In this document: in pieces, positions 55,461 through 64,000 of the stretch
Layout of the letters: every line of letters begins with the position of its first letter
Numbering within the stretch: position 1 is the first letter of the stretch
Assembly (NCBI GenBank): GCA_965205975.1
Contig: OZ242195.1
Span: forward strand, 1,952,001-2,016,000
From: Candidatus Latescibacterota bacterium
Lineage (GTDB): Bacteria > Latescibacterota > UBA2968
Reading direction: 5' to 3'
Length of the DNA stretch: 64,000 nt
Translations under genes and position numbers: made by a program
The notes under the pieces: generated by a model
Told to the model about the DNA's origin: nothing
The model's input: only the letters and a program-made list of their open reading frames with translations
Database searches by the model: none

Positions 55461-57505
55461 GGCATTCCTCCATTCACGATGTCCTCGTTTGCCGCAGGGG
55501 GCATGCGCCGCTCATTCTCCTTTACCGTGGGCTTCAACGCGCCAAACCGCACATCAACCCCTCTATCTCGAAGGGCTGGAATATGCGTGTTGAGCGATGT
55601 GGCACTTAAGGGGTTATTCCGTACATCAACTCTGTCTCCACGGCCCAATCCCCTGTTTGCAACCAGAGGCGAAAGGTCTGTGATGTTGTTGTTGTAAAAA
55701 AACAGATAGTCCAGACTCATCCAGCTAGATAGCGCAGATATATCTGAAATGTCGTTGCTGCCAAGATCCAGTAATCTCAGGCTGGCCAAGTTTGATAGTG
55801 GTGCAATGTTCGAAATGTCGTTGCCGGAAAGAGACAGCCGTTCCAGGCTGGTCAAGTTTGATAGCGTAGATACATCTGAAATGTCGTTGTTGAAAAGATG
55901 CAGAAATCTCATGCTGGTCAAGTTTGATAGCGCAGATACATCTGAAATGTCGTTGTTGCCAAGATTCAGTATTTCCAGACCGGTCAAATTTGATAGTAGC
56001 GTGATGTCCGAGATGCCCGTGTCGGCAAGATCCAGCGTTCTCAGCCTGATTAAGTTCGATAGGGGTGAAAAGTCCGAGATGTTGTTGCTATTGCGCGGAA
56101 AACCGACCGTATCACCATAACCAAGATGCAGCCAGGTCAGATTAGTTGCAAGCTCAAGCCCGGTCAAATCACTGATGTTCGCGTTCGGAGCCTCAAGTTT
56201 TGACACAAATGCCATCTCAAAACTGGTGATCGGTTCATCTGATGCCTTGCCCAAATTTGTTTTAATGGCCGCACGCAAGTTGGCATCTGGGATATATGCT
56301 TCTGATAGGTCGGACAAGCGAGACAGCAACGAGCTGTCTCTAATTGTGGTGCCGTAAAGACTGAGCGATATCAATCTGGTTAATCCCGACAACGGCGATA
56401 TATCCGAGAAGAAATTGTCGTGAAGTCTGAGGCTTGTCAGGTTGATTAAACCCGACAACGGCGATATATCTGTGATGGCGTTAACGGAAAGATCCAGCGA
56501 TGTCAGATTGGTTAAGCCCGACAGCGGTGTGATATCCGAGATGATATTATTTGAAAGGTCCAGCGATGTCAATTTGGCTAAGCCCGATAGCGGTGTGATG
56601 TCCACAATGATATTATAGGACAGGTCCAGCGGAGTCAGACCAGTGGCAAATTCGAGCCCGGTCAAATCGCTGATGTCCGAGCTTGACGCTTCAAGGCTTG
56701 TCAAACTCGCCATCTCTACTCTCGTGATCGGCGCACCTCTCGCCTTGCCCAGTGCGGTCTCGATTGCTACACGGAGGTTCGCATCTGGAATGGTAACCGG
56801 TGTTTCCTCTCTACCATCGCCAGCCTCTTTGACAAAGTTGCTGCTAAAAATTAGAAAATCGCCAAAGCCAATCGCGCTGTCGCTGTCCAGGTCGTATTTT
56901 GCTTCATATTTCCCATCGCCCTGGCGGGTCCCAAAATGACTTGCAAACGCCAGGAAGTCGATAAAATTAACCGCACCATCGCCGTTAAAGTCCAGAGTAA
57001 GAACCTGTAACTTTAATTCAACGCTCGTATTCAGGGTTACAGTGTCAAATCCTCCACCCCGACCGAGTTCTGCACGCACCAGCCGAATCGCTGTGCTCGA
57101 AAACGAGGCTGTCGTGCGAAAGCGAACTGTGCCTGCCAGACCACTGTTGGCAGTTGCTTGACCACCCAAAGATGCAATGCCTATCTCAATAGAAGTTGGA
57201 TTTATGCCCTGCTCTATGAGTGCCTGAGCATTGGGCAACACATCGCCAGCATCAAAGCCCTCATAAGTCACTTGACTGGCATCGTATTCAAAACGCACGG
57301 CAAGGCCGATCGCATTTTGTATATCCTTGCCAAATATCTGAATAGCGACAGCTTGATCCGCGGATACGTTGATAGATGTGATCGCTTGATCACCTGCGGC
57401 ACCATCCACATCCAGTGAAACGGAAAAGCTGTTCTGTGCCAAAAGAGACAGGGGGTGTATCAAAAGTGCGAGTATTGATAAAGTTGACAGGATCAGGTTA
57501 CGCAT
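55457..57505 (-). CDS. Secreted cohesin-like, dockerin-like, internalin-type LRR protein
   Basis: Signal peptide, cohesin-like beta domain, DFNGDGAVNFIDF/DLDSDSAIGFGDF, two IPDANLR.AI caps, 22-aa LSxLTxLxxLxLxxNxIxDI repeats. Confidence 0.88.
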   Translation of the reverse strand: MRNLILSTLSILALLIHPLSLLAQNSFSVSLDVDGAAGDQAITSINVSADQAVAIQIFGKDIQNAIGLAVRFEYDASQVTYEGFDAGDVLPNAQALIEQGINPTSIEIGIASLGGQATANSGLAGTVRFRTTASFSSTAIRLVRAELGRGGGFDTVTLNTSVELKLQVLTLDFNGDGAVNFIDFLAFASHFGTRQGDGKYEAKYDLDSDSAIGFGDFLIFSSNFVKEAGDGREETPVTIPDANLRVAIETALGKARGAPITRVEMASLTSLEASSSDISDLTGLEFATGLTPLDLSYNIIVDITPLSGLAKLTSLDLSNNIISDITPLSGLTNLTSLDLSVNAITDISPLSGLINLTSLRLHDNFFSDISPLSGLTRLISLSLYGTTIRDSSLLSRLSDLSEAYIPDANLRAAIKTNLGKASDEPITSFEMAFVSKLEAPNANISDLTGLELATNLTWLHLGYGDTVGFPRNSNNISDFSPLSNLIRLRTLDLADTGISDITLLSNLTGLEILNLGNNDISDVSALSNLTSMRFLHLFNNDISDVSTLSNLTSLERLSLSGNDISNIAPLSNLASLRLLDLGSNDISDISALSSWMSLDYLFFYNNNITDLSPLVANRGLGRGDRVDVRNNPLSATSLNTHIPALRDRGVDVRFGALKPTVKENERRMPPAANEDIVNGGMP

Positions 57506-57610
57506 CGGGATCTCCTGCTGATGGCCTTCTCACGTTGGTTTCAGACGTGTCCTTTGAAAGACCACCACGGCTTTGCTTACGGCGAAAGGGTTGAATCTAT
57601 AAAAATATAA

Positions 57611-57626
57611 AGCAATTTCTGTGCCA
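57611..57626 (-). promoter_or_regulatory. Sigma54 (-24/-12) promoter for the LRR-TlpA operon
   Basis: Minus strand TGGCAC-agaaa-TTGCT matches the consensus. Confidence 0.8.
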
Positions 57627-57760
57627 AAAACCTCTTCTCTATGTTTTACAATCAGTTACGAAAATTTGTGCCATGAACGCAGTTTAATAAGTGTCCGATT
57701 TTGATACAGTAGTATCCGAAAATGAACACTTGAAATAAAAACCATATCCCGAATAATGTT

Positions 57761-57844
57761 ATGCGAAATAATTAGCATATAAATTTCAAAAAAATAACCA
57801 ATTAAAAACTCGTTGTCAAGGCCAGGATGCGAAATAATTAGCAT
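57761..57844. promoter_or_regulatory. Two identical 18-bp pseudo-palindromes, candidate enhancer (UAS) sites
   Basis: ATGCGAAATAATTAGCAT at 57761-57778 and 57827-57844. Confidence 0.65.
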
Positions 57845-57859
57845 TTTTTGATACCCGGT

Positions 57860-57899
57860 AAAAACGGCGGTGGATATTATGTCCACCGCCGTCCTTTTT
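57860..57899. terminator. Intrinsic terminator hairpin
   Basis: acggcggtgga...tccaccgccgt flanked by A and T runs. Confidence 0.75.
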
Positions 57900-57923
57900 A
57901 CTTTTTACAAACAAAATTGAAAA

Positions 57924-58421
57924 TCAGAGTTGAAAATTTAATCCAACAGAGAGAGGTTGTTCGAGAATGCCTTCCGCCTTCGCAATGGGGATCGTCCAGA
58001 ATGTGTTGAGATTCAGGTCAACCCGCTCAGACAGTGAAATAAGCGCCCCGACCTTTGGCTGAAAGAAAACACCGGAATTGGCAGGTCGATAAATCGTGCC
58101 ACCCGAAAGCGTATAATAAAATCCGAACCGCCCCACAATCTTATGAACATTGCGGATACCCACACCAAGCGTAAACTGACGCCTACCATCTGATTCCCAG
58201 GGATGTTTATTGATCTGATCGCCATAAGCCATTGCAACTTCCAGGCCAATAGATGATTTCAGCCCTAATACGCCTAATAGCTTTATTCGAGATTGGTAGC
58301 CATCAGTTGGAGAATTTGCAAATTCTCCCTCTACACCCACATAGTTGTGCTTCATCTCTTCGGCAGCAAGCGGACTGGACAAAAGCACCAAAAACATCGG
58401 GAAAAAAAGTAAAGTTTTCAT
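57924..58421 (-). CDS. Small secreted protein, probable OM beta-barrel
   Basis: Signal peptide, alternating amphipathic strands, ends VGLNFQL. Confidence 0.65.
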   Translation of the reverse strand: MKTLLFFPMFLVLLSSPLAAEEMKHNYVGVEGEFANSPTDGYQSRIKLLGVLGLKSSIGLEVAMAYGDQINKHPWESDGRRQFTLGVGIRNVHKIVGRFGFYYTLSGGTIYRPANSGVFFQPKVGALISLSERVDLNLNTFWTIPIAKAEGILEQPLSVGLNFQL

Positions 58422-58470
58422 CTGGTGGTAACCCCCTGAAAATGTGTGACCCCGGCTGGATTATTGTATA

Positions 58471-58486
58471 AGCAAAATTCGTGCCG
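58471..58486 (-). promoter_or_regulatory. Sigma54 promoter
   Basis: Minus strand CGGCAC-gaatt-TTGCT, 50 bp upstream of the 58421 start. Confidence 0.7.
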
Positions 58487-58648
58487 TAAACTGTTTTTCG
58501 GAAAGAAATGATATAAATGCCTATTTTTATAGTATTTTGATTATCTCATTCTATTTAACAAAGAAAGCAACAGATGTGCTTTTTTAGCACAGATGTTGTA
58601 AAATTGATACAATATGGAGTTAGGCAAGTCCCCTGCTGCCTTCATCGT

Positions 58649-60466
58649 TCAACCACCATCATCCACACGCCTGGGCGGAGACACCAGTGCCATACCCCGG
58701 GCATAAGCCCAATGCCGAGCGGCTTTGGCGAGTTTGGGGTTGTCAGACGCGAGCATCGCGCTGGCCATGCGCTCATCGCCTTCGTACTCCAGAGCCTGAA
58801 CAAGAGCAGAAGTTGCAAATGCGGAATACTCGCGGATAAAAAATGGATGCGCCGCTGCAATAACATCCAGTTCGCGCTCTCGCAGAGCGCGTTTTAAGAC
58901 CTCGACAACGCGATCGCCACCTATCTCAGAAAGCCTCATGGCCGCCGCAATGCGTTCTACACCTTTGCCATTCTCAAACGCTGAAATCCACGCATCAACT
59001 TTCTCCTGTACATCGCGCCTATTGCGCCAATCTGGCTCAATATCCCGAAGTGCGCTCACCGCCATCTGCACATTCGCCCCCTTGCTCAGCATTTCTACCA
59101 GCACAGGTACCACACGCGCATCCTTCAATGTGACAAGTGCCCACGCCGCAGACCAGCTCACAAAAATCGAGCTATCATTTAATGCTGTCGCCAGAGCATC
59201 CGCCGCTCGCAGATCGCCTATTTGTCCCAACGATTCTACAGCAGATCTTCGAACCTGTATCCTCGGATGGCCCAACAAGCGGATCAAAGCATCTATCCCT
59301 CGCCTGTCATTTAAGACACCCAAAGCACGGGCAATGGATTTCATCAACTCATCTCCGGATCGCCCCTGCAAATGCATCTCTCGATCCACGACTGAGATCA
59401 GCATATCAACAGCGCTCGTATCGCGCAATTGGCCCAATGCTCGCGCCGCTGCTCCGCGAACATACCCGTCTTCTCCCATAAGCGCGTGCCTCAACACACC
59501 TGCCGCGCGCATATCTCTCATATTGCCCAGTGACTGAATGGCTTGCCGACGCACATCGCGGTCTTGATCTTCTATTGCGACAAGCAATGCCTGCACTGCC
59601 CGTTGATCCTTCAAATCGCCCAAAAAACGCGCCGCGACTTTTCGCTCATCATCATTGCCCTCTATCACCCATCGGTGCCAGTGCATCACCAGTTCTTCTC
59701 CCCAATTTTTCTCTCGCCAGCCGGGAACAACCGCGTTGAGACCCACCAATGCGCGGAACCGAACGATTGCCTGCTTATCGCCCAACACATCATCTTGCAT
59801 CAAACCGCGCCGAAATCTCTCCACAGCCATCTCGACCTCTGGCCGCGCACGCCAATTCTTATCAATCTGATCCAGAGCAAACAGAACAGTCTGGCGCATC
59901 TCCTCATCGCCCAACAAATTTGCCAAAGGCCCAATCGCCCGGGGCGACCCAATGCGTCCCAAAGCCACTGCTGAAACCCATCGCACCTGAGTCGTTTCAC
60001 CTTGCATTTGCAAACACAGGACATCCACCGCAGCCGAATCACCGATCTGACCCAATGCATCTATCGCCGCCAATCGCAATACAGACACCTCCGCTTGCAC
60101 AACAGCGATCAAAGCATCCACCGCAGTCGAATCTCCAATCTGACTCAGCGCATCCACCGCTGCCAATGCCAGAACCGCTCGCTTGTCCTGCAAAAAGGGA
60201 ATAAGTACCTCAGTCGCCTGCCTGTCTTTCAGCATACCCAGTGCATCAATCGCTGCCAACCGCACCCGCACTTTTTCATCTTTCAACGCCTGAATCAAAT
60301 GCGGTACAGCATCCAACTGACCACTCTCCCCCAACTTCCCAACCCCATAAACCCGCACATCGACATCCACATGGCGCGACTGACGCACGTATTCATCAAT
60401 ACCCCGAGAGCAACCGCCCAACACAAGCGCGATAATCAACCAAATGTATAACTTTCTATTGTCCAT
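58649..60466 (-). CDS. HEAT/PBS-lyase repeat lipoprotein
   Basis: LGGC lipobox; many VR.AA..ALG.IGD..AV..LI..L.D repeats. Confidence 0.88.
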   Translation of the reverse strand: MDNRKLYIWLIIALVLGGCSRGIDEYVRQSRHVDVDVRVYGVGKLGESGQLDAVPHLIQALKDEKVRVRLAAIDALGMLKDRQATEVLIPFLQDKRAVLALAAVDALSQIGDSTAVDALIAVVQAEVSVLRLAAIDALGQIGDSAAVDVLCLQMQGETTQVRWVSAVALGRIGSPRAIGPLANLLGDEEMRQTVLFALDQIDKNWRARPEVEMAVERFRRGLMQDDVLGDKQAIVRFRALVGLNAVVPGWREKNWGEELVMHWHRWVIEGNDDERKVAARFLGDLKDQRAVQALLVAIEDQDRDVRRQAIQSLGNMRDMRAAGVLRHALMGEDGYVRGAAARALGQLRDTSAVDMLISVVDREMHLQGRSGDELMKSIARALGVLNDRRGIDALIRLLGHPRIQVRRSAVESLGQIGDLRAADALATALNDSSIFVSWSAAWALVTLKDARVVPVLVEMLSKGANVQMAVSALRDIEPDWRNRRDVQEKVDAWISAFENGKGVERIAAAMRLSEIGGDRVVEVLKRALRERELDVIAAAHPFFIREYSAFATSALVQALEYEGDERMASAMLASDNPKLAKAARHWAYARGMALVSPPRRVDDGG

Positions 60467-60557
60467 CTATTATCCCCAATTCAGACCCCCCGAAATACGC
60501 ATTCCGGGGGATCATTTTTTTAGCTATTTCGACACCCTACTTCAACAACGGAGCAAT

Positions 60558-62966
60558 CTATTCCGTTGGCAAACGAAAAGAGACCGGCTGAGTCATCCAT
60601 ACAGCTACGGGTTTGCCATTGTGTTCGGCAGGCTTGAACCGAAATTGCAATATCCCATCTATCGCCGTTTGATGAAACGCCTCTGGCCCCCTCAGGACAC
60701 GCACATCGCTCACCGAACCATCCAAATTGACCATGAACTTCAAAAATACTTTGCCTTCCAAACTATCTTTGAGTGCCTCCTCCGGATGCACAAACTTAAC
60801 AGAGCGCAGGATCTTGGGCTTTACTTCAACCATATAAAATTCGAGAACCTTAATACTGTCGGCATCGCCAGATGCAGGCGGCGTGGTTTGTTGCTTTGGC
60901 AATCGAAATGTAACCCACTGTGTCATCCGCACGGGCACAACTTTGCCGTTGAGTGTCCCCGGCTTGAACCGATATTGCAAGATCGCGTCTATCGCCGCTT
61001 GATGAAATTCCTCCGGACCTTTCAAAACCTTCATATCGCCCACCGAGCCATCCTCATAGACCCTGAACTCCAAACGCACAGTAACTCTTGTTGGATACAC
61101 AGATTTAACAGATTGCAGGAGTTCGGGCGTAGCTTCGACCTCGAAAAATCTGGGGATCTCAACCTCATTACCGTCAGCATCAATTGTCACGGGCGATGTG
61201 AGCTGGAGATCTGTGTCCGTGAAATCTAATGAAAACTCAATCGGCATCACTATCCACACGGGCACAACTTTACCATTGTGCTCCGCAGGCTTGAACTGAG
61301 ACTGAGATATCGCATCTATCGCCGCTTGACGAAAGATCTCTGGTCCTTCCAAAACACTCACATCACTCACTGAACCATCCACATTGACTACAACCTTCAA
61401 AGTCACTTTGCCTTCTATCCTTTTCTTTTTTGCCTCTTCGGGATATACAGGTGTAACAATATCTATGGGATGGGGTTTTACTTCAACCTCGTCATATGCG
61501 AGGACATCAACTCGCCTCCCGAGGTGAATTAGATATTTGACATTTCCCTTTATACCTTCGACCCCGGCATAGATTTCTTTGATCTCATCATATTTGAGGG
61601 CCTCAACCAGACTACTGTCAGCACTGTCAGATACAGGCTGTGTGATCTCTTGCTCCCTGAAAACTAATGCAAAATCAATCGGCTGAGTCATCCATACAGG
61701 CACAACTTTGCCATTGTGCTCCGCGGGCTTGAATCGAAATTGTGATATCGCGTCTATTGCCGCCTTTTGAAATATCGCCTTCCCTTTCAAAACACTCACA
61801 TCGCTTACTGAACCATCCACATTGACCATAAACTTCAAAAACACTTTGCCAGTTAGACCCGCTTTTCGGGCTATATGAGGATACACCGGTGGAACAGTAT
61901 CTATGAGTTGGGGTTTTACTTCGACCTCTTTATATTCGAAAACTTCACTACTATCGGCATTGCTAGACGCAGGTGCTAGCTCTCCTTTTGAGGCTGTTTG
62001 GGATGACTGAGTATATGCCTCTCGAATTGAAAAAGGCACAATCGCCAGACCAATGAGAATGGGAATTGCCAACTGCCATCTGGACCGTTTCACATTGTCC
62101 TCCTTGAAATTAAGGACATACTCCAGGCGTTTCTTGAGCGCGGTCCCACGCTCATTGAAATACAGCGCACTCATAGCAGGGCGTCTGTCAACAAAACCGA
62201 ACAACAGCCGCCCGTATTCGGCAGGCGTTAGATTTGTCTCGCGCAACACTGCCTCGTCACAGCGCAACTCGCGCAAAAAAGCCAGCCTTCGGTTCAGCAG
62301 CCAGACCAGCGGATTTATGCAAAACAGTGCCATTGCAATCCCCTGAAAAATCAGCACCCAGATATCGCGATTATCCCGGTGTGCCAACTCGTGTGCAACA
62401 ACGCCGCGCAACTCCTCGGGCGACCAGGATGACCAGTGCGCTGGCAAATACAATCTCGGTTTTACGATACCGACCAGAAGCGGAGAACGCAGACTGGCTT
62501 TGACATAAACCTTTATATCCTGCGCCTCGTTCAGTGATCCCACTTCCCTCGCCAGATCAACCGGCACTGCCAAACTGAGCGCGCGGTGAAACGCCGCATT
62601 CTTCCACAACGTCACCCCCACCCATACCACAACCGAAACACCCCACACACAAAACAGATAAAATGCCAGTGGGAGCGGTGAGACTTGCACAGGAGCAACA
62701 ACCCCTTCCCCAGAAATCACATCGGTATAAACCGGTCCAACTGGCACATTGTCGGATACCGTCAAAAACTCTGGTAGCGGAATAGCGTAAAAAGGCGGCA
62801 CAAACACCTTCGCCAATGCCAACAAATAGAGGACATACCGCAACCGCGTATCCAGCGACATCCAGCGATCCACCGCCCACACCAGCAAAATGAACAGCGA
62901 CACCTCTATAAAATGCACCGCATAAAGCGGCCACCACGCCTCGGCCAAATAGATCAACGCATCCAT
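60558..62966 (-). CDS. BlaR1-type M56 peptidase fused to four TonB C-terminal domains
   Basis: SPLLVG..KP..YLP, HELAH, NPLVW, RELRCDE, LKKRL; four repeats of G.V.LKF.VN.DGSV.DV.VL.G...AAIDAI..F.FKPA..NGK.V.V. Confidence 0.9.
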   Translation of the reverse strand: MDALIYLAEAWWPLYAVHFIEVSLFILLVWAVDRWMSLDTRLRYVLYLLALAKVFVPPFYAIPLPEFLTVSDNVPVGPVYTDVISGEGVVAPVQVSPLPLAFYLFCVWGVSVVVWVGVTLWKNAAFHRALSLAVPVDLAREVGSLNEAQDIKVYVKASLRSPLLVGIVKPRLYLPAHWSSWSPEELRGVVAHELAHRDNRDIWVLIFQGIAMALFCINPLVWLLNRRLAFLRELRCDEAVLRETNLTPAEYGRLLFGFVDRRPAMSALYFNERGTALKKRLEYVLNFKEDNVKRSRWQLAIPILIGLAIVPFSIREAYTQSSQTASKGELAPASSNADSSEVFEYKEVEVKPQLIDTVPPVYPHIARKAGLTGKVFLKFMVNVDGSVSDVSVLKGKAIFQKAAIDAISQFRFKPAEHNGKVVPVWMTQPIDFALVFREQEITQPVSDSADSSLVEALKYDEIKEIYAGVEGIKGNVKYLIHLGRRVDVLAYDEVEVKPHPIDIVTPVYPEEAKKKRIEGKVTLKVVVNVDGSVSDVSVLEGPEIFRQAAIDAISQSQFKPAEHNGKVVPVWIVMPIEFSLDFTDTDLQLTSPVTIDADGNEVEIPRFFEVEATPELLQSVKSVYPTRVTVRLEFRVYEDGSVGDMKVLKGPEEFHQAAIDAILQYRFKPGTLNGKVVPVRMTQWVTFRLPKQQTTPPASGDADSIKVLEFYMVEVKPKILRSVKFVHPEEALKDSLEGKVFLKFMVNLDGSVSDVRVLRGPEAFHQTAIDGILQFRFKPAEHNGKPVAVWMTQPVSFRLPTE

Positions 62967-63352
62967 TACGCACCTCCTTTCTCCCTTGTCTCAATCAGCG
63001 CGCGCAACTCATCCAGTTCCTTCTGCGAAAGCTCTCCCGAATCCACGAGATACGTTGCCAGCGCTCCAAAAGATCCCTCGAACATACGCGACACCAGCGT
63101 GCGCGTCTCGACCTGCGCCGCATCTTCTCGCGATAGAGCCGGTTTGTACACATTCACCGGACCGATCTTTTGCCGATTGAGCACACCCTTTTCAAACAGA
63201 ATATTCATAATCGTCTGCACCGTCGTATAAGCCTTCTCCCCATTGGGATACAGGTAATCGACAACATCGCGCACCGTAACCCGACGGTCGAGATGCCAGA
63301 TGCCATCCATCACCTCCCATTCGGCCTCAGATAGTCGTTTCTTCGCGGCCAT
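62966..63352 (-). CDS. BlaI/MecI/CopY family repressor
   Basis: LSEAEWEVM..IW, AYTTVQT....L..KG.L.R, FEGS, LSQKELDELR. Confidence 0.93.
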   Translation of the reverse strand: MAAKKRLSEAEWEVMDGIWHLDRRVTVRDVVDYLYPNGEKAYTTVQTIMNILFEKGVLNRQKIGPVNVYKPALSREDAAQVETRTLVSRMFEGSFGALATYLVDSGELSQKELDELRALIETREKGGA

Positions 63353-63368
63353 AAGACCCTCCTTGAAA

Positions 63369-63390
63369 TATTACTAATTTTTTAGTAATA
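63369..63390. promoter_or_regulatory. Palindromic operator upstream of the BlaI-family gene
   Basis: TATTACTAA-tttt-TTAGTAATA just downstream of a minus-strand TTGACT (-35). Confidence 0.75.
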
Positions 63391-63437
63391 TGACGAATCA
63401 ATTAGGAGAAGTCAAGCAAAAATCTCATTTCTTAAAG

Positions 63438-63476
63438 AAAAAAAAGAGCGGCAGGTTGCAGAAACCCACCGCTCTT
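63438..63476 (-). terminator. Intrinsic terminator
   Basis: aagagcgg...ccgctctt with a long T-run on the minus strand. Confidence 0.75.
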
Positions 63477-63547
63477 AAGAAGTAAGAAGCCCACCCCAGA
63501 CCGCCCCAAGGTAGGTGCTTGCTTCATCACCTTTACACTCCCCAATA

Positions 63548-64000
63548 TCAGGTACTATCAGAGCCTGACTCTTTTTGACGAGATTTTTCTATTTCTTCCA
63601 AAACCTTCAAAAATTCACGAATGCGAACAATTTTAATACCAGAATATTCCTTTGTTGGAAAATGTCGGATATTTTTCGTTACAAGATAATCTGCATTTCC
63701 CGAGACAGCACATTCTAAAAAGCGATTATCTGACTGATCGGTGCAAACATTCAATTCAAATGATGGTTCCATCCAGTCAGACTGCAAGCGCAATGTACTC
63801 AATACTCGTTCTCTCTCCTTCTGTTTCGAATCGGGAATTAACCAATCAGCTACTGCTCTGTATTCATCCAAAATGGGTTGGGAGAGCAACAACTTAAAAT
63901 AATCGTCTTCTCGAATCATCCAATTAATCAGTTTTGCAGAGGCCCCTCGATTACTGAGAATCGCTGACATGATATGATTTGTATCAATTACAACGCGTAA
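63548..64000 (-). CDS. PIN-domain toxin (5' end beyond window)
   Basis: Frame is open to the window edge: LRVVIDTN. Also ILDEY, D..DNRFLECA..G.ADYLVT.N.RHF. Confidence 0.88.
   Translation of the reverse strand, partial: LRVVIDTNHIMSAILSNRGASAKLINWMIREDDYFKLLLSQPILDEYRAVADWLIPDSKQKERERVLSTLRLQSDWMEPSFELNVCTDQSDNRFLECAVSGNADYLVTKNIRHFPTKEYSGIKIVRIREFLKVLEEIEKSRQKESGSDST

Noticed and set aside
55700..56640. 66-bp periodic DNA repeats
   Set aside because: Coding LRR units, not CRISPR or a DGR.
57506..57600. Possible c-di-GMP riboswitch in the LRR leader (GCAAAGCC)
   Set aside because: The remaining GEMM consensus elements are not evident; only generic stems.
57656..57886. 76-aa ORF with a repeated MLIISH peptide
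   Set aside because: Translation of the duplicated 18-bp regulatory site in AT-rich intergenic DNA.
60560..61930. Long near-identical DNA segments as a possible DGR TR/VR pair
   Set aside because: All are in-frame TonB domain duplications. There is no reverse transcriptase and no obvious A-specific mismatch pattern.
1..64000. tRNA, rRNA, integrase or transposase genes
   Set aside because: None recognised; the intergenic gaps are short and were inspected by eye only.

Overview
Accessory and catabolic bacterial region, about 50-55% GC by eye, with roughly 48 real CDSs. I recognised no rRNA, tRNA, CRISPR array or intact integrase/transposase. The content (many PhyH dioxygenases, sulfatases, LRR/HEAT/TPR/dockerin proteins, TA and RM debris) resembles FCB-related lineages such as Latescibacterota/Gemmatimonadota-like marine or sponge symbionts; this taxonomy is inference only. 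The main structure is two paralogous, oppositely oriented operons (6245-15565 minus, 42713-53324 plus) with the same order: small OM beta-barrel, TonB-dependent receptor, secreted FN3/T9SS-like-CTD protein, PorV-like barrel, (GWxTD protein), DUF6785-type membrane protein. They look like a SusCD-independent uptake or surface-display module. Other highlights: a 4.7-kb integrase-less islet with 27-bp direct repeats that rebuild the 5' end of its target gene; cassette-like insertions at a repeated terminator palindrome; a PhyH enzyme with an HxG (halogenase-like) motif; a sulfatase-fold enzyme with Thr at the nucleophile position; sigma54 promoters upstream of a cohesin/dockerin-LRR plus dockerin-TlpA pair; and a BlaI/BlaR1-4xTonB regulatory pair. 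All family calls come from motif recognition, not database searches.
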